DNA from: an uncultured virus (IMG/VR IMGVR_UViG_3300008107_000034)
Lineage: Duplodnaviria; Heunggongvirae; Uroviricota; Caudoviricetes
DNA: 20,000 nucleotides
IMG/VR virus record: IMGVR_UViG_3300008107_000034
Strand: one strand, 5' to 3'
A program made the translations under genes and the position numbers. The number at the start of each line of letters is the position of its first letter. Within the stretch, counting starts at the first letter, position 1. Positions 7,694 through 15,177 of the stretch are shown here, in pieces. Below the pieces are notes generated by a model. It made no database searches, was not told where the DNA came from, and saw only the letters and a list, made by a program, of their open reading frames with translations.

Positions 7694-8167
7694 ATGAAAG
7701 TATCACAACACCCCCTATATCATACTTGGAATGGTATGATACGCAGATGTAAAGATCCAAAAAATATAAACTATTCAGAGTATGGTGCTCGTGGGATAGA
7801 AATTTTTGAAGAGTGGTCTGAAAGAGGGTTTCACGGCACCACACAAACTCCGCCAGGTTTTATAAAGTTTCTAAAATATATTGATGAAAATTTGGGTGAA
7901 AGACCAGAAGGATATTCTATTGATAGAATAAACAACAACTCTGGATATATTCCTGGCAATATAAGATGGGCAGACAACTCTACACAAAATATAAATCGCA
8001 GATGTCCCAATGGTGAGTTGAGAAATATAAAAAAAGTCCCATCTGGTAAATATCAAGTCAATATGTGGCATAAAAAGATTAACTACTATGTTGGCACTTA
8101 TGATACGATAGATGAAGCAATTATTGCCAGAGATTGTTATAGAAAAATGTTACAAGAGACAACTTAA
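7694..8167 (+). mobile_element. Free-standing HNH-like homing endonuclease with C-terminal AP2-like DNA-binding domain (CDS)
   Basis: YHTWNGMIRRC..YGARGI..W..F..RPEGYSIDRINNNSGYIPGNIRWA is a phage HNH-type domain. KYQVNMWHKKINYYVGTYDTIDEAIIARD is AP2-like. It has its own late promoter. Confidence 0.8.
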
Positions 8168-8170
8168 CCA

Positions 8171-8374
8171 ATGAAATCCTATCAAGAGTTTATAGCAGAA
8201 GAAGAAAAGTCTTCTAAGGAAACAGCAAAATATCAAAATCATCCGAAGGGCAATGAGAAGTGCTCCAATTGTAATATGTGGAGACCACCGAATGCCTGTA
8301 CCGCAGTAAAAGGAAAGATTGCTGCCGATGGTTGGTGCAAGTGGCATCAGTATGATAGAAAAAACAAAGATTGA
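8171..8374 (+). CDS. HiPIP-like [4Fe-4S] protein with T4 internal-protein-like N-terminus
   Basis: YQNHPKGNEKCSNC..W..PNAC..VKGKIAADGWCKW matches the HiPIP Y-Q...CxxC...C...GWC signature. The N-terminus is MKSYQEFIAEE and there is no Tat signal. Confidence 0.8.
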   Translation: MKSYQEFIAEEEKSSKETAKYQNHPKGNEKCSNCNMWRPPNACTAVKGKIAADGWCKWHQYDRKNKD

Positions 8375-8399
8375 CAAACTGCCCTAGATACCCTATAAT
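8371..8399 (+). promoter_or_regulatory. Consensus sigma70 promoter
   Basis: TTGACA (8371-8376), 17-nt spacer, TATAAT (8394-8399), upstream of ATG 8421. Confidence 0.85.
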
Positions 8400-8420
8400 A
8401 CCTGCATATACTTTCTGATT

Positions 8421-8624
8421 ATGAATTATCGTCCTTATAGTATGGAATGGAGTCGGAGGAGATACCTTGCCGAAGCAATCCAGAAATACTTTGATACTGA
8501 TGCCTCTCTGGATGTTGTGCTGGACGATATTGTAGGTGTATTGGAAGAGAATGTAGAGCACCACAAGAGTCGTGCCGAAAGATTCCAAGAAGTATTAGAT
8601 GGTCTGAAGTCGTTACCTTACTGA
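8421..8624 (+). CDS. Hypothetical phage protein
   Basis: 67-aa ORF directly after a consensus promoter. Confidence 0.8.
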   Translation: MNYRPYSMEWSRRRYLAEAIQKYFDTDASLDVVLDDIVGVLEENVEHHKSRAERFQEVLDGLKSLPY

Positions 8625-8626
8625 TT

Positions 8627-8911
8627 ATGAAACTCATTCAATTTGGCGAAAGAAACGACTACGGAAAAGAATGGTATATGACTCTTTGTACTGGAAGACG
8701 ATATTCACTACTTCAACTTGCTTTTGATTATGGAGAGTATGGGAAATGGATTGAATTTCCTTATCTTCAAATCTCTATGGGATATGGAAGACTATTCTCC
8801 TTTCTATTTTCTATTGGTCGGTTAGGTTTCACTTTTGATATTTGTGGTCGTAACTGGCGTGATGAATTGTTTTACCGTGCAAGAGATTATATGAAGTTGA
8901 AAGATGGCTAA
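8627..8911 (+). CDS. Hypothetical protein (paralogue of 10878-11141)
   Basis: 94 aa. Shares DYGKEW...RR(Y/F)xLL..(F/L)...YG...FP..Q.S.G..LF with 10878-11141. Confidence 0.75.
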   Translation: MKLIQFGERNDYGKEWYMTLCTGRRYSLLQLAFDYGEYGKWIEFPYLQISMGYGRLFSFLFSIGRLGFTFDICGRNWRDELFYRARDYMKLKDG

Positions 8912-9254
8912 AAAACTAAACTGGTTTGAATATTACTTTGGTCACTGCTTCCAAACTGGTTGGAGAGAGATGTGGAATAACTTCAAGATGTGGAGAGACC
9001 TCATCAGTGGAAACTATAAGGACTATGCTCTACTTCCAACTGATGACCCATATGAAGAATGTTACCAGTGGTTTTGGACAAGTATCAACCTAGATGAAAC
9101 CTACCCCAAAGAGTTTCTTGAGTACCTGATGGAAATGTGTGATAGAATTGATAGAGGAGAAGAAAAGGTATATCCACTTGATGAAGATTTCTTTGACCGA
9201 TTGAAAGACCTTACTGATGGTATTGATGTTGATTTAGATGAAGAACTTACCTGA
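8904..9254 (+). CDS. Hypothetical phage protein
   Basis: 116-aa aromatic/acidic ORF overlapping both neighbours. Confidence 0.8.
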   Translation: MAKKLNWFEYYFGHCFQTGWREMWNNFKMWRDLISGNYKDYALLPTDDPYEECYQWFWTSINLDETYPKEFLEYLMEMCDRIDRGEEKVYPLDEDFFDRLKDLTDGIDVDLDEELT

Positions 9255-9432
9255 TAAACTACAACTTGATATAATGTGGACTGTTGCCACCTCATCCAGT
9301 ATTGAAACTGGCACAAAACCCCAGTACGGGTTCGCCCAGATGCTGTATGATTACCTTGCAGACACAAAACCCCGTGTTGAACTTGGACCTTATGAACCTC
9401 AAAGAAAAGAAAGCACTTCTCAAGAGACTTGA
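9238..9432 (+). CDS. Hypothetical protein containing an embedded promoter cassette
   Basis: 64-aa ORF filling the space between its neighbours. Confidence 0.6.
   Translation: MKNLPDKLQLDIMWTVATSSSIETGTKPQYGFAQMLYDYLADTKPRVELGPYEPQRKESTSQET
9294..9351 (+). promoter_or_regulatory. Palindrome/-10 cassette, copy 2 (intragenic)
   Basis: ATCCAGTA-ttga-AACTGGCA, then 32 nt, then TATGAT (9346-9351). Confidence 0.6.
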
Positions 9433-9664
9433 AACTGCTTATAATACCTGTATGGATTGTGGACGAACCTATGGTGTTTATTCGGTAGGTTGTTCTTCTG
9501 TTTATACGTCAACCTGTGATGTGTGTGGTGAAACCAAACCTATCACAGAGACCCGTGACTTTGCTTACTTCATTACTGGAATTCGTAAACTCAAACTAGA
9601 GATTGAAAATGAAAAGAGTAACCGTAAGACCCAAAAGCAGCAAGGCGAAGAACCGTCTGTGTAA
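9392..9664 (+). CDS. Zn-ribbon hypothetical protein
   Basis: The likely start is ATG 9392 (MNLKEKK). Contains CMDC...CDVC. Confidence 0.75.
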   Translation: MNLKEKKALLKRLETAYNTCMDCGRTYGVYSVGCSSVYTSTCDVCGETKPITETRDFAYFITGIRKLKLEIENEKSNRKTQKQQGEEPSV

Positions 9665-9809
9665 TATGATGGGCAACAATCCTGTTTGTATTGTTGAGCA
9701 AGACAAGGGTGATGGTATGATGTTTCTTGCATCCGAGAATCAGAAATACTTCTTCTGGGTCAATGTAAACAACGATTGTCATTGGGAATGTGATTGGGAG
9801 GTATTATGA
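9609..9809 (+). CDS. Hypothetical phage protein
   Basis: MKRVTVRPKSSKAKNRL...YFFWV...DCHW. The likely start is ATG 9609. Confidence 0.75.
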   Translation: MKRVTVRPKSSKAKNRLCNMMGNNPVCIVEQDKGDGMMFLASENQKYFFWVNVNNDCHWECDWEVL

Positions 9810-9979
9810 ACTACTTGTGCTTGGTTGATGGTCTGGTAGAATATGGGAGCACAAGTCTCTCTGACTTCGCACACTATCAACTGATGTATGCCGAAGAACA
9901 CCAAGATGCTGATGTTCAGTACCTGACTCTGACCGATGAAGAGTATGATGCTATGTTCCCTTGTGAGGAAGAAGAATGA
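9806..9979 (+). CDS. Small acidic hypothetical protein
   Basis: GGAGGT SD and ATG 9806 in an ATGA overlap: MNYLCLVDGLVEYG... Confidence 0.75.
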   Translation: MNYLCLVDGLVEYGSTSLSDFAHYQLMYAEEHQDADVQYLTLTDEEYDAMFPCEEEE

Positions 9980-10158
9980 AACCTAAGTTTTATGTCATTT
10001 TAGAACAGGCAATTGAAGAGGGTGTGCGTCAAGGATGGCATCGGGCACACAAACATGTAGAAAACCCCAGTGAAGGTGCTGTGATTGAGCATATTGAAGA
10101 TGCTGTGATGTCTGCGATTCACGAATACTTTACTTTTCCTGAGGACGAATACCAATGA
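9976..10158 (+). CDS. Hypothetical phage protein
   Basis: 60 aa, with ATGA overlaps at both ends. Confidence 0.75.
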   Translation: MKPKFYVILEQAIEEGVRQGWHRAHKHVENPSEGAVIEHIEDAVMSAIHEYFTFPEDEYQ

Positions 10159-10445
10159 GTTTTTCTAAAACTGTTTCTGTTGTTGCTGCCCTTGCTAGTA
10201 TTTTTAGTGTGGGTCTTGCAAGTTGGAAGATTTCTGAGGATATTAAAAACGCACAAACTGCTCCTCTGGAACAGACTCTGGAACAGAAAATCCAAGAACT
10301 TGAAAAGAAACTAGAAGAACCAGCACAACCAGCACAACCAGTTGAGCAAGTGGCACAACCTCAAGTGCAAGCAGTTCAACAACCCGTTATACTACCTCCA
10401 GTAGCACCACCCCCTGTGCCACCTGAACAACCTACAAATCCATGA
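10155..10445 (+). CDS. Membrane-anchored protein with coiled coil and P/Q-rich tail
   Basis: Hydrophobic N-terminus TVSVVAALASIFSVGLASW, then LEQKIQELEKKL, then a Pro-rich C-terminus. Confidence 0.75.
   Translation: MSFSKTVSVVAALASIFSVGLASWKISEDIKNAQTAPLEQTLEQKIQELEKKLEEPAQPAQPVEQVAQPQVQAVQQPVILPPVAPPPVPPEQPTNP
10264..10341 (+). repeat. In-frame short tandem repeats
   Basis: CTCTGGAACAGA x2 (10264-10287) and AACCAGCAC x2.7 (10318-10341). Confidence 0.8.
10336..10393 (+). promoter_or_regulatory. Palindrome/-10 cassette, copy 3 (intragenic)
   Basis: AACCAGTT-gagc-AAGTGGCA, then 32 nt, then TATACT (10388-10393). Confidence 0.6.
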
Positions 10446-10891
10446 AAACCTACACTCTCACTATCACAGAAGAACAGGCACGGGCACTGCAATATGCTAC
10501 TGATGTACTCCAACGAGTTCAGTTGGGGCAGTGGGAAGAGATTGTGGATTGGTTGCCTCTTAAAAAACCGACTGATTATACCAAACTTCACGAAGACACA
10601 CGCACGATTGGCAATATTCTTTGCAATCATATGGTAGATGATATTGATTGTCCTCAAGTTTCTTTGGGTATTGGGCATCCAGACCTTCCCAAGAATAATG
10701 GAGTTCTTTATGACCTTCACTGTGTTATTCGTAAGAAACTTTCTTGGGAACGGGCAGTAGAAGAAGGTATTATTGAGAGTGAGGATTCGGAAAGAAAGTG
10801 GCCTGAAATGATGCAGGTATGCTATGATGACCCTATGAAATGGGGACACGAACCCCTTGCTAAAATGGAGAGGATTGATGAAACTCTTTGA
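10442..10891 (+). CDS. Hypothetical phage protein
   Basis: 149-aa ORF, ATGA-coupled. Confidence 0.8.
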   Translation: MKTYTLTITEEQARALQYATDVLQRVQLGQWEEIVDWLPLKKPTDYTKLHEDTRTIGNILCNHMVDDIDCPQVSLGIGHPDLPKNNGVLYDLHCVIRKKLSWERAVEEGIIESEDSERKWPEMMQVCYDDPMKWGHEPLAKMERIDETL

Positions 10892-11141
10892 CTATGAAAC
10901 CTATGAGGACTATGGGAAAGAATGGTTTCTCCAAGTTCTCTCATGCCGCAGATTTGCTCTGTTGGATATTACTCTCCAATGGGATGATTATGGATGTGAT
11001 GATTTATTCCCAGCATTTCAGTTGAGTATTGGTTCCAGTCATTTGTTCGGTGGTTTTATCCGATACAAACGATTTCAATTTGATTGTAGTATAGTTGATT
11101 GGAAACCAAGAGACCTTCGTTGGTATAAAGAACACAAATGA
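10878..11141 (+). CDS. Hypothetical protein (paralogue of 8627-8911)
   Basis: GAGG SD then ATG 10878: MKLFDYETYEDYGKEW... Confidence 0.75.
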   Translation: MKLFDYETYEDYGKEWFLQVLSCRRFALLDITLQWDDYGCDDLFPAFQLSIGSSHLFGGFIRYKRFQFDCSIVDWKPRDLRWYKEHK

Positions 11142-11329
11142 CGACTAGGGCACAAGAACTCCTAGATGCTTCTATGGAACTCACATTGCGACCACAGAAG
11201 GATGACCGCAAGAAACTGATTGCTTTTATCATCAACGAAGCAGCAGCACGACTTTGTACTGATTGTGGAGAACTTCAAAGTCCTGTTGATGTATTGTATG
11301 AACTTGCCAATGAGGTAGAAGCACTATGA
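11138..11329 (+). CDS. Hypothetical helical protein
   Basis: 63 aa, ATGA-coupled. Pattern RAQ...YELANEVE. Confidence 0.75.
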   Translation: MTTRAQELLDASMELTLRPQKDDRKKLIAFIINEAAARLCTDCGELQSPVDVLYELANEVEAL

Positions 11330-11571
11330 GTAGAAAAAACAGAGCACAACAAGTAATGAATGAGTATTATAGTAAGTTGGGTCCAGGTCCAAATTATTAT
11401 GATAATGCTGCCGTTGCTGCTGCTCTCCGTGAAGTAGTGGAGGGTCTCAATATTGAACCAGACCCTGACCGAGAATTGAGTATGGAAAAAAATTATTTCA
11501 TCAAGGGACAGAAGTGGGTAAAGGGTGCTATACTGCGTCTTGCTGATGAGTTGGAGGACGATGAACTCTAA
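11326..11571 (+). CDS. Hypothetical helical protein (similar to 11138-11329)
   Basis: 81 aa. Pattern RAQ...VAAALREVV...LRLADELE. Confidence 0.75.
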   Translation: MSRKNRAQQVMNEYYSKLGPGPNYYDNAAVAAALREVVEGLNIEPDPDRELSMEKNYFIKGQKWVKGAILRLADELEDDEL

Positions 11572-11756
11572 TGGTTGAGAAAGTAAAGTTTGTAACTGTT
11601 ACACGAACTATTGACATCACAAAAGGTATTCATTACCTTGATGCTATTGATGAGAATGGGTATCACTGGACAGCAGAAATGGATAACAGACAAGAGAAGT
11701 GGTTAGTGTATACAAAAGTGTGGACTAAAGACCCTCAAATGCCGTATGATATATGA
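11571..11756 (+). CDS. Hypothetical phage protein
   Basis: 61 aa, TAATG overlap. Contains HYLDAIDENGYHW. Confidence 0.75.
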   Translation: MVEKVKFVTVTRTIDITKGIHYLDAIDENGYHWTAEMDNRQEKWLVYTKVWTKDPQMPYDI

Positions 11757-11974
11757 AAAACTATCGTATCAAAAAAGTCACAGACGGACACTCAACCAGA
11801 TATTACCCACAACACAAAAGATTTGGATTGTTCTGGTATAATATATTTGTAGATGAATATAGGGATGGTGATTATTCTACATTTGAAGAAGCACAGTGGC
11901 ACCTTTGTAACTTCTTGAGGAAACCTGTGATAGAATACCTTGACTTTGATTGTGATTGTGGAGAACCTCTGTGA
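11753..11974 (+). CDS. Hypothetical phage protein
   Basis: 73 aa, ATGA-coupled. Pattern YRIKK...YYPQ.K.FG.FW...EEA. Confidence 0.75.
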   Translation: MKNYRIKKVTDGHSTRYYPQHKRFGLFWYNIFVDEYRDGDYSTFEEAQWHLCNFLRKPVIEYLDFDCDCGEPL

Positions 11975-12183
11975 CTGAACCCATTCGTCTATGTAAGGAT
12001 TGTAAGCACTACAAGAAAGATTGGTGTGCTCGTATTACTGGATATGGAGACACATTTGACTTATGCCTCAATCCTCATCTGTCTGGAAATGTTGTGACTG
12101 GGAAATCTAATGGTGGTTTTTGTGATAATATGAGAAAGTATCACGGATGTGGAATGGAAGGTAAGTATTGGGAGGCAAAATGA
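11971..12183 (+). CDS. Small Cys-rich hypothetical protein
   Basis: GGAG SD and GTG start in a GTGA overlap. Pattern CKDCKHY...C...C..R...CG.EGKYWE. Confidence 0.75.
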   Translation: MTEPIRLCKDCKHYKKDWCARITGYGDTFDLCLNPHLSGNVVTGKSNGGFCDNMRKYHGCGMEGKYWEAK

Positions 12184-12344
12184 CTGAAAAGTATTACTGC
12201 GATTACCCAACAGAACCTATTGGTGGTGATAATCCTTATTATCGTTGTTCTTATTGTAAGATTAGTGATCCACAAATCAACGGATACTTGGAAAATCACG
12301 AAGAATGGTGTGAGTATCGCATAAAAATGGAGGCACGGAAATGA
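12180..12344 (+). CDS. Small putative Zn-binding protein (54 aa, absent from ORF track)
   Basis: GGAGG SD. MTEKYYCDYPTEPIGGDNPYYRCSYCKISDPQINGYLENHEEWCEYRIKMEARK contains CxxC...HxxxC. Confidence 0.75.
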   Translation: MTEKYYCDYPTEPIGGDNPYYRCSYCKISDPQINGYLENHEEWCEYRIKMEARK

Positions 12345-12928
12345 CTGAAATTGAAAAAACAAAAGCAGAAATTAAAGTGCTTGAAAAGAAACTCTCTTTC
12401 CTTGAAGAACTGGAAAAAACAAAATCACCAGTAGAAGAAGCATATAAAGATTGGATGGGTGTGTATCCTCCAACTAATCCAAGTGTTGATAATATTTTTG
12501 ATATTAGGTGGAGAGCATTTCAAATGGGATATAATGCCTCAAAAGAAAAGAAAGTGAGTGAAAGTTTCCAAGCAGGTTATGAGTTTGCTTATCAACAAAA
12601 TGTGAGTGAGTGGGAACCAACTCCACAAACACCAGAGCAAGTTGCTGATGGATTGAAAGGAGCATTCAGGGAAGCAGTCAAGCAAGGTGTAGTTTCATCT
12701 TCTACTAAACCACAAAATCTTACTGATTTGATTTATGATTGGTGGGAAGATGTATTTACAACCAATAGTAATGATGATATGGAAACTTCTATTGAGGATT
12801 TGGTAGATAGGATTGAGTTGTTCTTACCGAAAGAACAATCTTCTGCTGGTTCTCAAAATGAGTATGTTGAATGCACGGTAGATGGTTTCAACGATTGTCT
12901 CAAGAAAATTAAGGGGAAACTACGATAA
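12341..12928 (+). CDS. Hypothetical modular phage protein
   Basis: 195 aa with GGAGG SD, an N-terminal coiled coil, and repeated FQxGY motifs. Confidence 0.8.
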   Translation: MTEIEKTKAEIKVLEKKLSFLEELEKTKSPVEEAYKDWMGVYPPTNPSVDNIFDIRWRAFQMGYNASKEKKVSESFQAGYEFAYQQNVSEWEPTPQTPEQVADGLKGAFREAVKQGVVSSSTKPQNLTDLIYDWWEDVFTTNSNDDMETSIEDLVDRIELFLPKEQSSAGSQNEYVECTVDGFNDCLKKIKGKLR

Positions 12929-13122
12929 TGCCATTCTTTCCCGACTGCTATGATGAGTGGGGGCTTTATAAGTTTACCTACGATGGAGACCACAAGATGT
13001 ATGAAATGCTGTTTGAGGGCACAGAAGAAGAGTGTCGTCAGTATGCTTACGACAACTATACTGATAAGGAGCAAACTAACATGTGCCTGATGGATTGGGA
13101 AGCAAGGGAGTGGAGTGTATGA
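12928..13122 (+). CDS. Hypothetical acidic protein
   Basis: 64 aa, TAATG overlap. Confidence 0.75.
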   Translation: MPFFPDCYDEWGLYKFTYDGDHKMYEMLFEGTEEECRQYAYDNYTDKEQTNMCLMDWEAREWSV

Positions 13123-13388
13123 CCCATGAGGAAATGCTAGAAGTTGCCGCACAACGAGAAGCAGAAAACAAAGCCTTAGAATCACTTGGAATTGATTATG
13201 GTGATTTTGAGGGTGAAGACGATGTAGATTATTATGCACCGAATGGTGATTACATCAAGTCTTATCCACTTATCAATCGTGTAGAAGTGATTGGTAAGAA
13301 TGGACGAGAGTTTGTTCAATATGACTGCTCTAATGTTCAAATATCAGAACAAGATGAAGGACGTACACTCAAGGTATTTTTATCATGA
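13119..13388 (+). CDS. Hypothetical phage protein
   Basis: GGAG SD and ATG 13119 (MTHEEMLE...). C-terminus RVEVI...GR...QDEGRTLKVF. Confidence 0.75.
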   Translation: MTHEEMLEVAAQREAENKALESLGIDYGDFEGEDDVDYYAPNGDYIKSYPLINRVEVIGKNGREFVQYDCSNVQISEQDEGRTLKVFLS

Positions 13389-13654
13389 GACTCATAGACC
13401 GATATAACGAATACTACAACGATGAATGTGCTGCTGCTCCTTGGGGTTCTCTTACCAGCATGGAACATTTGCAGGCAACCACAATTCGTGCTGTGCTTTA
13501 TGCCTTTGCCCGTAAGTATAATATGAAGGAGAGTATTTCTGTAGAAGATTTGAACAACCTTGCTGACCTGATTGAAGAACAAGGAAACGAAAGCAACAAG
13601 AGGCATGAGACAGTTATGAAAGTGGCACAAGAGCACTCCACAGATGCCACTTGA
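13385..13654 (+). CDS. Hypothetical phage protein
   Basis: 89 aa, ATGA-coupled. The C-terminus reads through a promoter cassette. Confidence 0.75.
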   Translation: MRLIDRYNEYYNDECAAAPWGSLTSMEHLQATTIRAVLYAFARKYNMKESISVEDLNNLADLIEEQGNESNKRHETVMKVAQEHSTDAT

Positions 13655-13665
13655 TGCCCTATAAT
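13608..13665 (+). promoter_or_regulatory. Palindrome/-10 cassette, copy 4
   Basis: AGACAGTT-atga-AAGTGGCA, then 32 nt, then TATAAT (13660-13665). Followed by AGTCTCATAC as in copy 1. Confidence 0.7.
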
Positions 13666-13691
13666 AGTCTCATACACAAAGGAACTCCCTA

Positions 13692-13928
13692 ATGCCTTTC
13701 TACACAAAACTTCCTGGAACTGATGTGCTCCGCAGTAAGATTGATGTCTTCACGATGTCTGACCCTGATGATGAAAAGATTTTTCATCGGGTAGAACTTA
13801 CAGTAGATAATGCTGGTGTCTTCATTACTTCCTGTGAAGGGGGTGCTCGTGAGGATATGAGTATCGCACAGAAGGATTTGGCAATCGCAGTTGCCCGTGC
13901 TATTCTGGAAGCATACGGAGAGGTTTGA
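13692..13928 (+). CDS. Hypothetical phage protein
   Basis: 78 aa with AAGGA SD, directly downstream of the promoter cassette. Confidence 0.8.
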   Translation: MPFYTKLPGTDVLRSKIDVFTMSDPDDEKIFHRVELTVDNAGVFITSCEGGAREDMSIAQKDLAIAVARAILEAYGEV

Positions 13929-14224
13929 TGACTTATTCACTCAACCAAGAAGCAAAAGCATTCTCATACACAAGAGAAGAACTCTTTAAGTGTATCACGA
14001 ATATCGTAGCACATCCTCATAAAACCATCACAGAGCACGACCAATCCCGTGCTCTTGCAATTATGGTGGTGATTGATGATTACTACACCAATTATGTTCA
14101 AAGTGATAATAATGGTGGGTATTGTGTCTATGAATGTGATGCTACTGACCTCACTGATTTTGTAAGGTTCAAACTTGGTATTGGAGATTATGATGCCGTT
14201 GATGTTTATGAGGTTTTGAAATGA
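13928..14224 (+). CDS. Hypothetical phage protein
   Basis: GAGG SD and TGATG overlap. Length is 98 aa. Confidence 0.8.
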   Translation: MTYSLNQEAKAFSYTREELFKCITNIVAHPHKTITEHDQSRALAIMVVIDDYYTNYVQSDNNGGYCVYECDATDLTDFVRFKLGIGDYDAVDVYEVLK

Positions 14225-14445
14225 CAGAAGACCGCAACGATTTTCCAAAGGAAGAATGTAAGAATCCCGATGAGATTATCGTGCGGGATATTGATACATT
14301 TCATATGGAAGTGATGGGTCCTGATAGTGTGTGGATTGGGATTACTCGTAAAAATGGACAGATTGATCACTTTAATGTTATAGTGAAAGGTAAGAAGTTA
14401 AGCACCTTATGGTCTCCTAATACAGGTAATCTAAATGAGATTTGA
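14221..14445 (+). CDS. Hypothetical phage protein
   Basis: 74 aa. Pattern NPDEI...FHME.M....VWIGI....G..DH.N. Confidence 0.75.
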   Translation: MTEDRNDFPKEECKNPDEIIVRDIDTFHMEVMGPDSVWIGITRKNGQIDHFNVIVKGKKLSTLWSPNTGNLNEI

Positions 14446-14575
14446 AAACCCAACAAAATGGGAACTCTTCCTTGATGGTTTCCATAACTTCTGGTATGCT
14501 TTGGATAGTTATGATACTATTGAGCACTTTCCAGATGATTTTTGGGAAGCACTTTCTTATGGTTGGATGCACTAG
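14435..14575 (+). CDS. Small hypothetical protein, possibly C-terminally truncated (46 aa, absent from ORF track)
   Basis: AGGT SD. MRFENPTKWELFLDGFHNFWYALDSYDTIEHFPDDFWEALSYGWMH ends at TAG. Confidence 0.65.
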   Translation: MRFENPTKWELFLDGFHNFWYALDSYDTIEHFPDDFWEALSYGWMH

Positions 14576-14672
14576 AGAGCACCGAGAGCACGAAACTATC
14601 CGTATGTGTCTTGATATGAAAGATGTAAAGTTCTACCAATTTGATACAGAAAAACCCAAACACTTGAACTAA
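14571..14672 (+). pseudogene. Possible orphan 3' gene remnant
   Basis: TREHREHETIRMCLDMKDVKFYQFDTEKPKHLN* is protein-like and its stop abuts the next ATG, but it has no plausible start of its own. Confidence 0.4.
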
Positions 14673-14673
14673 A

Positions 14674-14844
14674 ATGAATGATGCACATTATGGTTGGGTA
14701 ATCAATACTCATTATGATTGGATCAATATGCTCACTCGAATGGAGCAGAAGAAACCACAACGATTTGAAGAGTTTCAGTATTCACAACAGACAATTTATC
14801 ATCACCTAGATAAGTTGCAACACGAACAGCATCTTTATGACTAA
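14674..14844 (+). CDS. Small hypothetical protein (56 aa, absent from ORF track)
   Basis: MNDAHYGWVINTHYDWINMLTRMEQKKPQRFEEFQYSQQTIYHHLDKLQHEQHLYD. Confidence 0.7.
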   Translation: MNDAHYGWVINTHYDWINMLTRMEQKKPQRFEEFQYSQQTIYHHLDKLQHEQHLYD

Positions 14845-15019
14845 TTTTAATGATTGGTTTGAAGAGATGGAAGGGTTCTCATTCCGCTCTGAGCGGTTCT
14901 ATGATGACTTTGATTATGCTGCTAAAACAAATGATTACGGAGCAATCATCAAGTGGTTACAAGCGGCATATCAACTAGGATATGAAGAAGGACAACGACT
15001 TTATGGAGGAACTGAATGA
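14837..15019 (+). CDS. Hypothetical phage protein
   Basis: 60 aa. Pattern F.DWFEE.EGFS.R.ERFY...WL.AAY..G. Confidence 0.75.
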   Translation: MTNFNDWFEEMEGFSFRSERFYDDFDYAAKTNDYGAIIKWLQAAYQLGYEEGQRLYGGTE

Positions 15020-15177
15020 ACTTTACACCTGAACAATATAAACTCATTTACACTGCTGTGCGTCGTTATCAGTATGATAAGACCGTGCTGAACAGTAAAG
15101 AGTATCATACCTGTGGTGAGGTGCTTGACGAATTGTTTGATGCCGTGTATACTCAACGTGTTGAGCAACCTACCTGA
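15016..15177 (+). CDS. Small hypothetical protein (53 aa, absent from ORF track)
   Basis: GGAGG SD and ATGA overlap. MNFTPEQYKLIYTAVRRYQYDKTVLNSKEYHTCGEVLDELFDAVYTQRVEQPT. Confidence 0.75.
   Translation: MNFTPEQYKLIYTAVRRYQYDKTVLNSKEYHTCGEVLDELFDAVYTQRVEQPT
15125..15153 (+). promoter_or_regulatory. Sigma70-like promoter (intragenic)
   Basis: TTGACG, 17-nt spacer, TATACT. Confidence 0.55.

Noticed and set aside
11885..11936. Possible seventh palindrome cassette (AGTGGCAC...TAGAAT)
   Set aside because: No left half-site at the 4-nt spacing, and the distance to the -10-like box is shorter than in the TGGCA-type copies.
14573..14575. TAG read-through or alternative genetic code
   Set aside because: Read-through adds only a short implausible peptide (RAPRARNYPYVS). 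TAG and TGA serve as normal stops elsewhere in the window.
14442..14672. 76-aa ORF-track call
   Set aside because: Its first 43 codons are an off-frame reading of the better ORF 14435-14575. Only the 3' part looks coding and is reported as a remnant.
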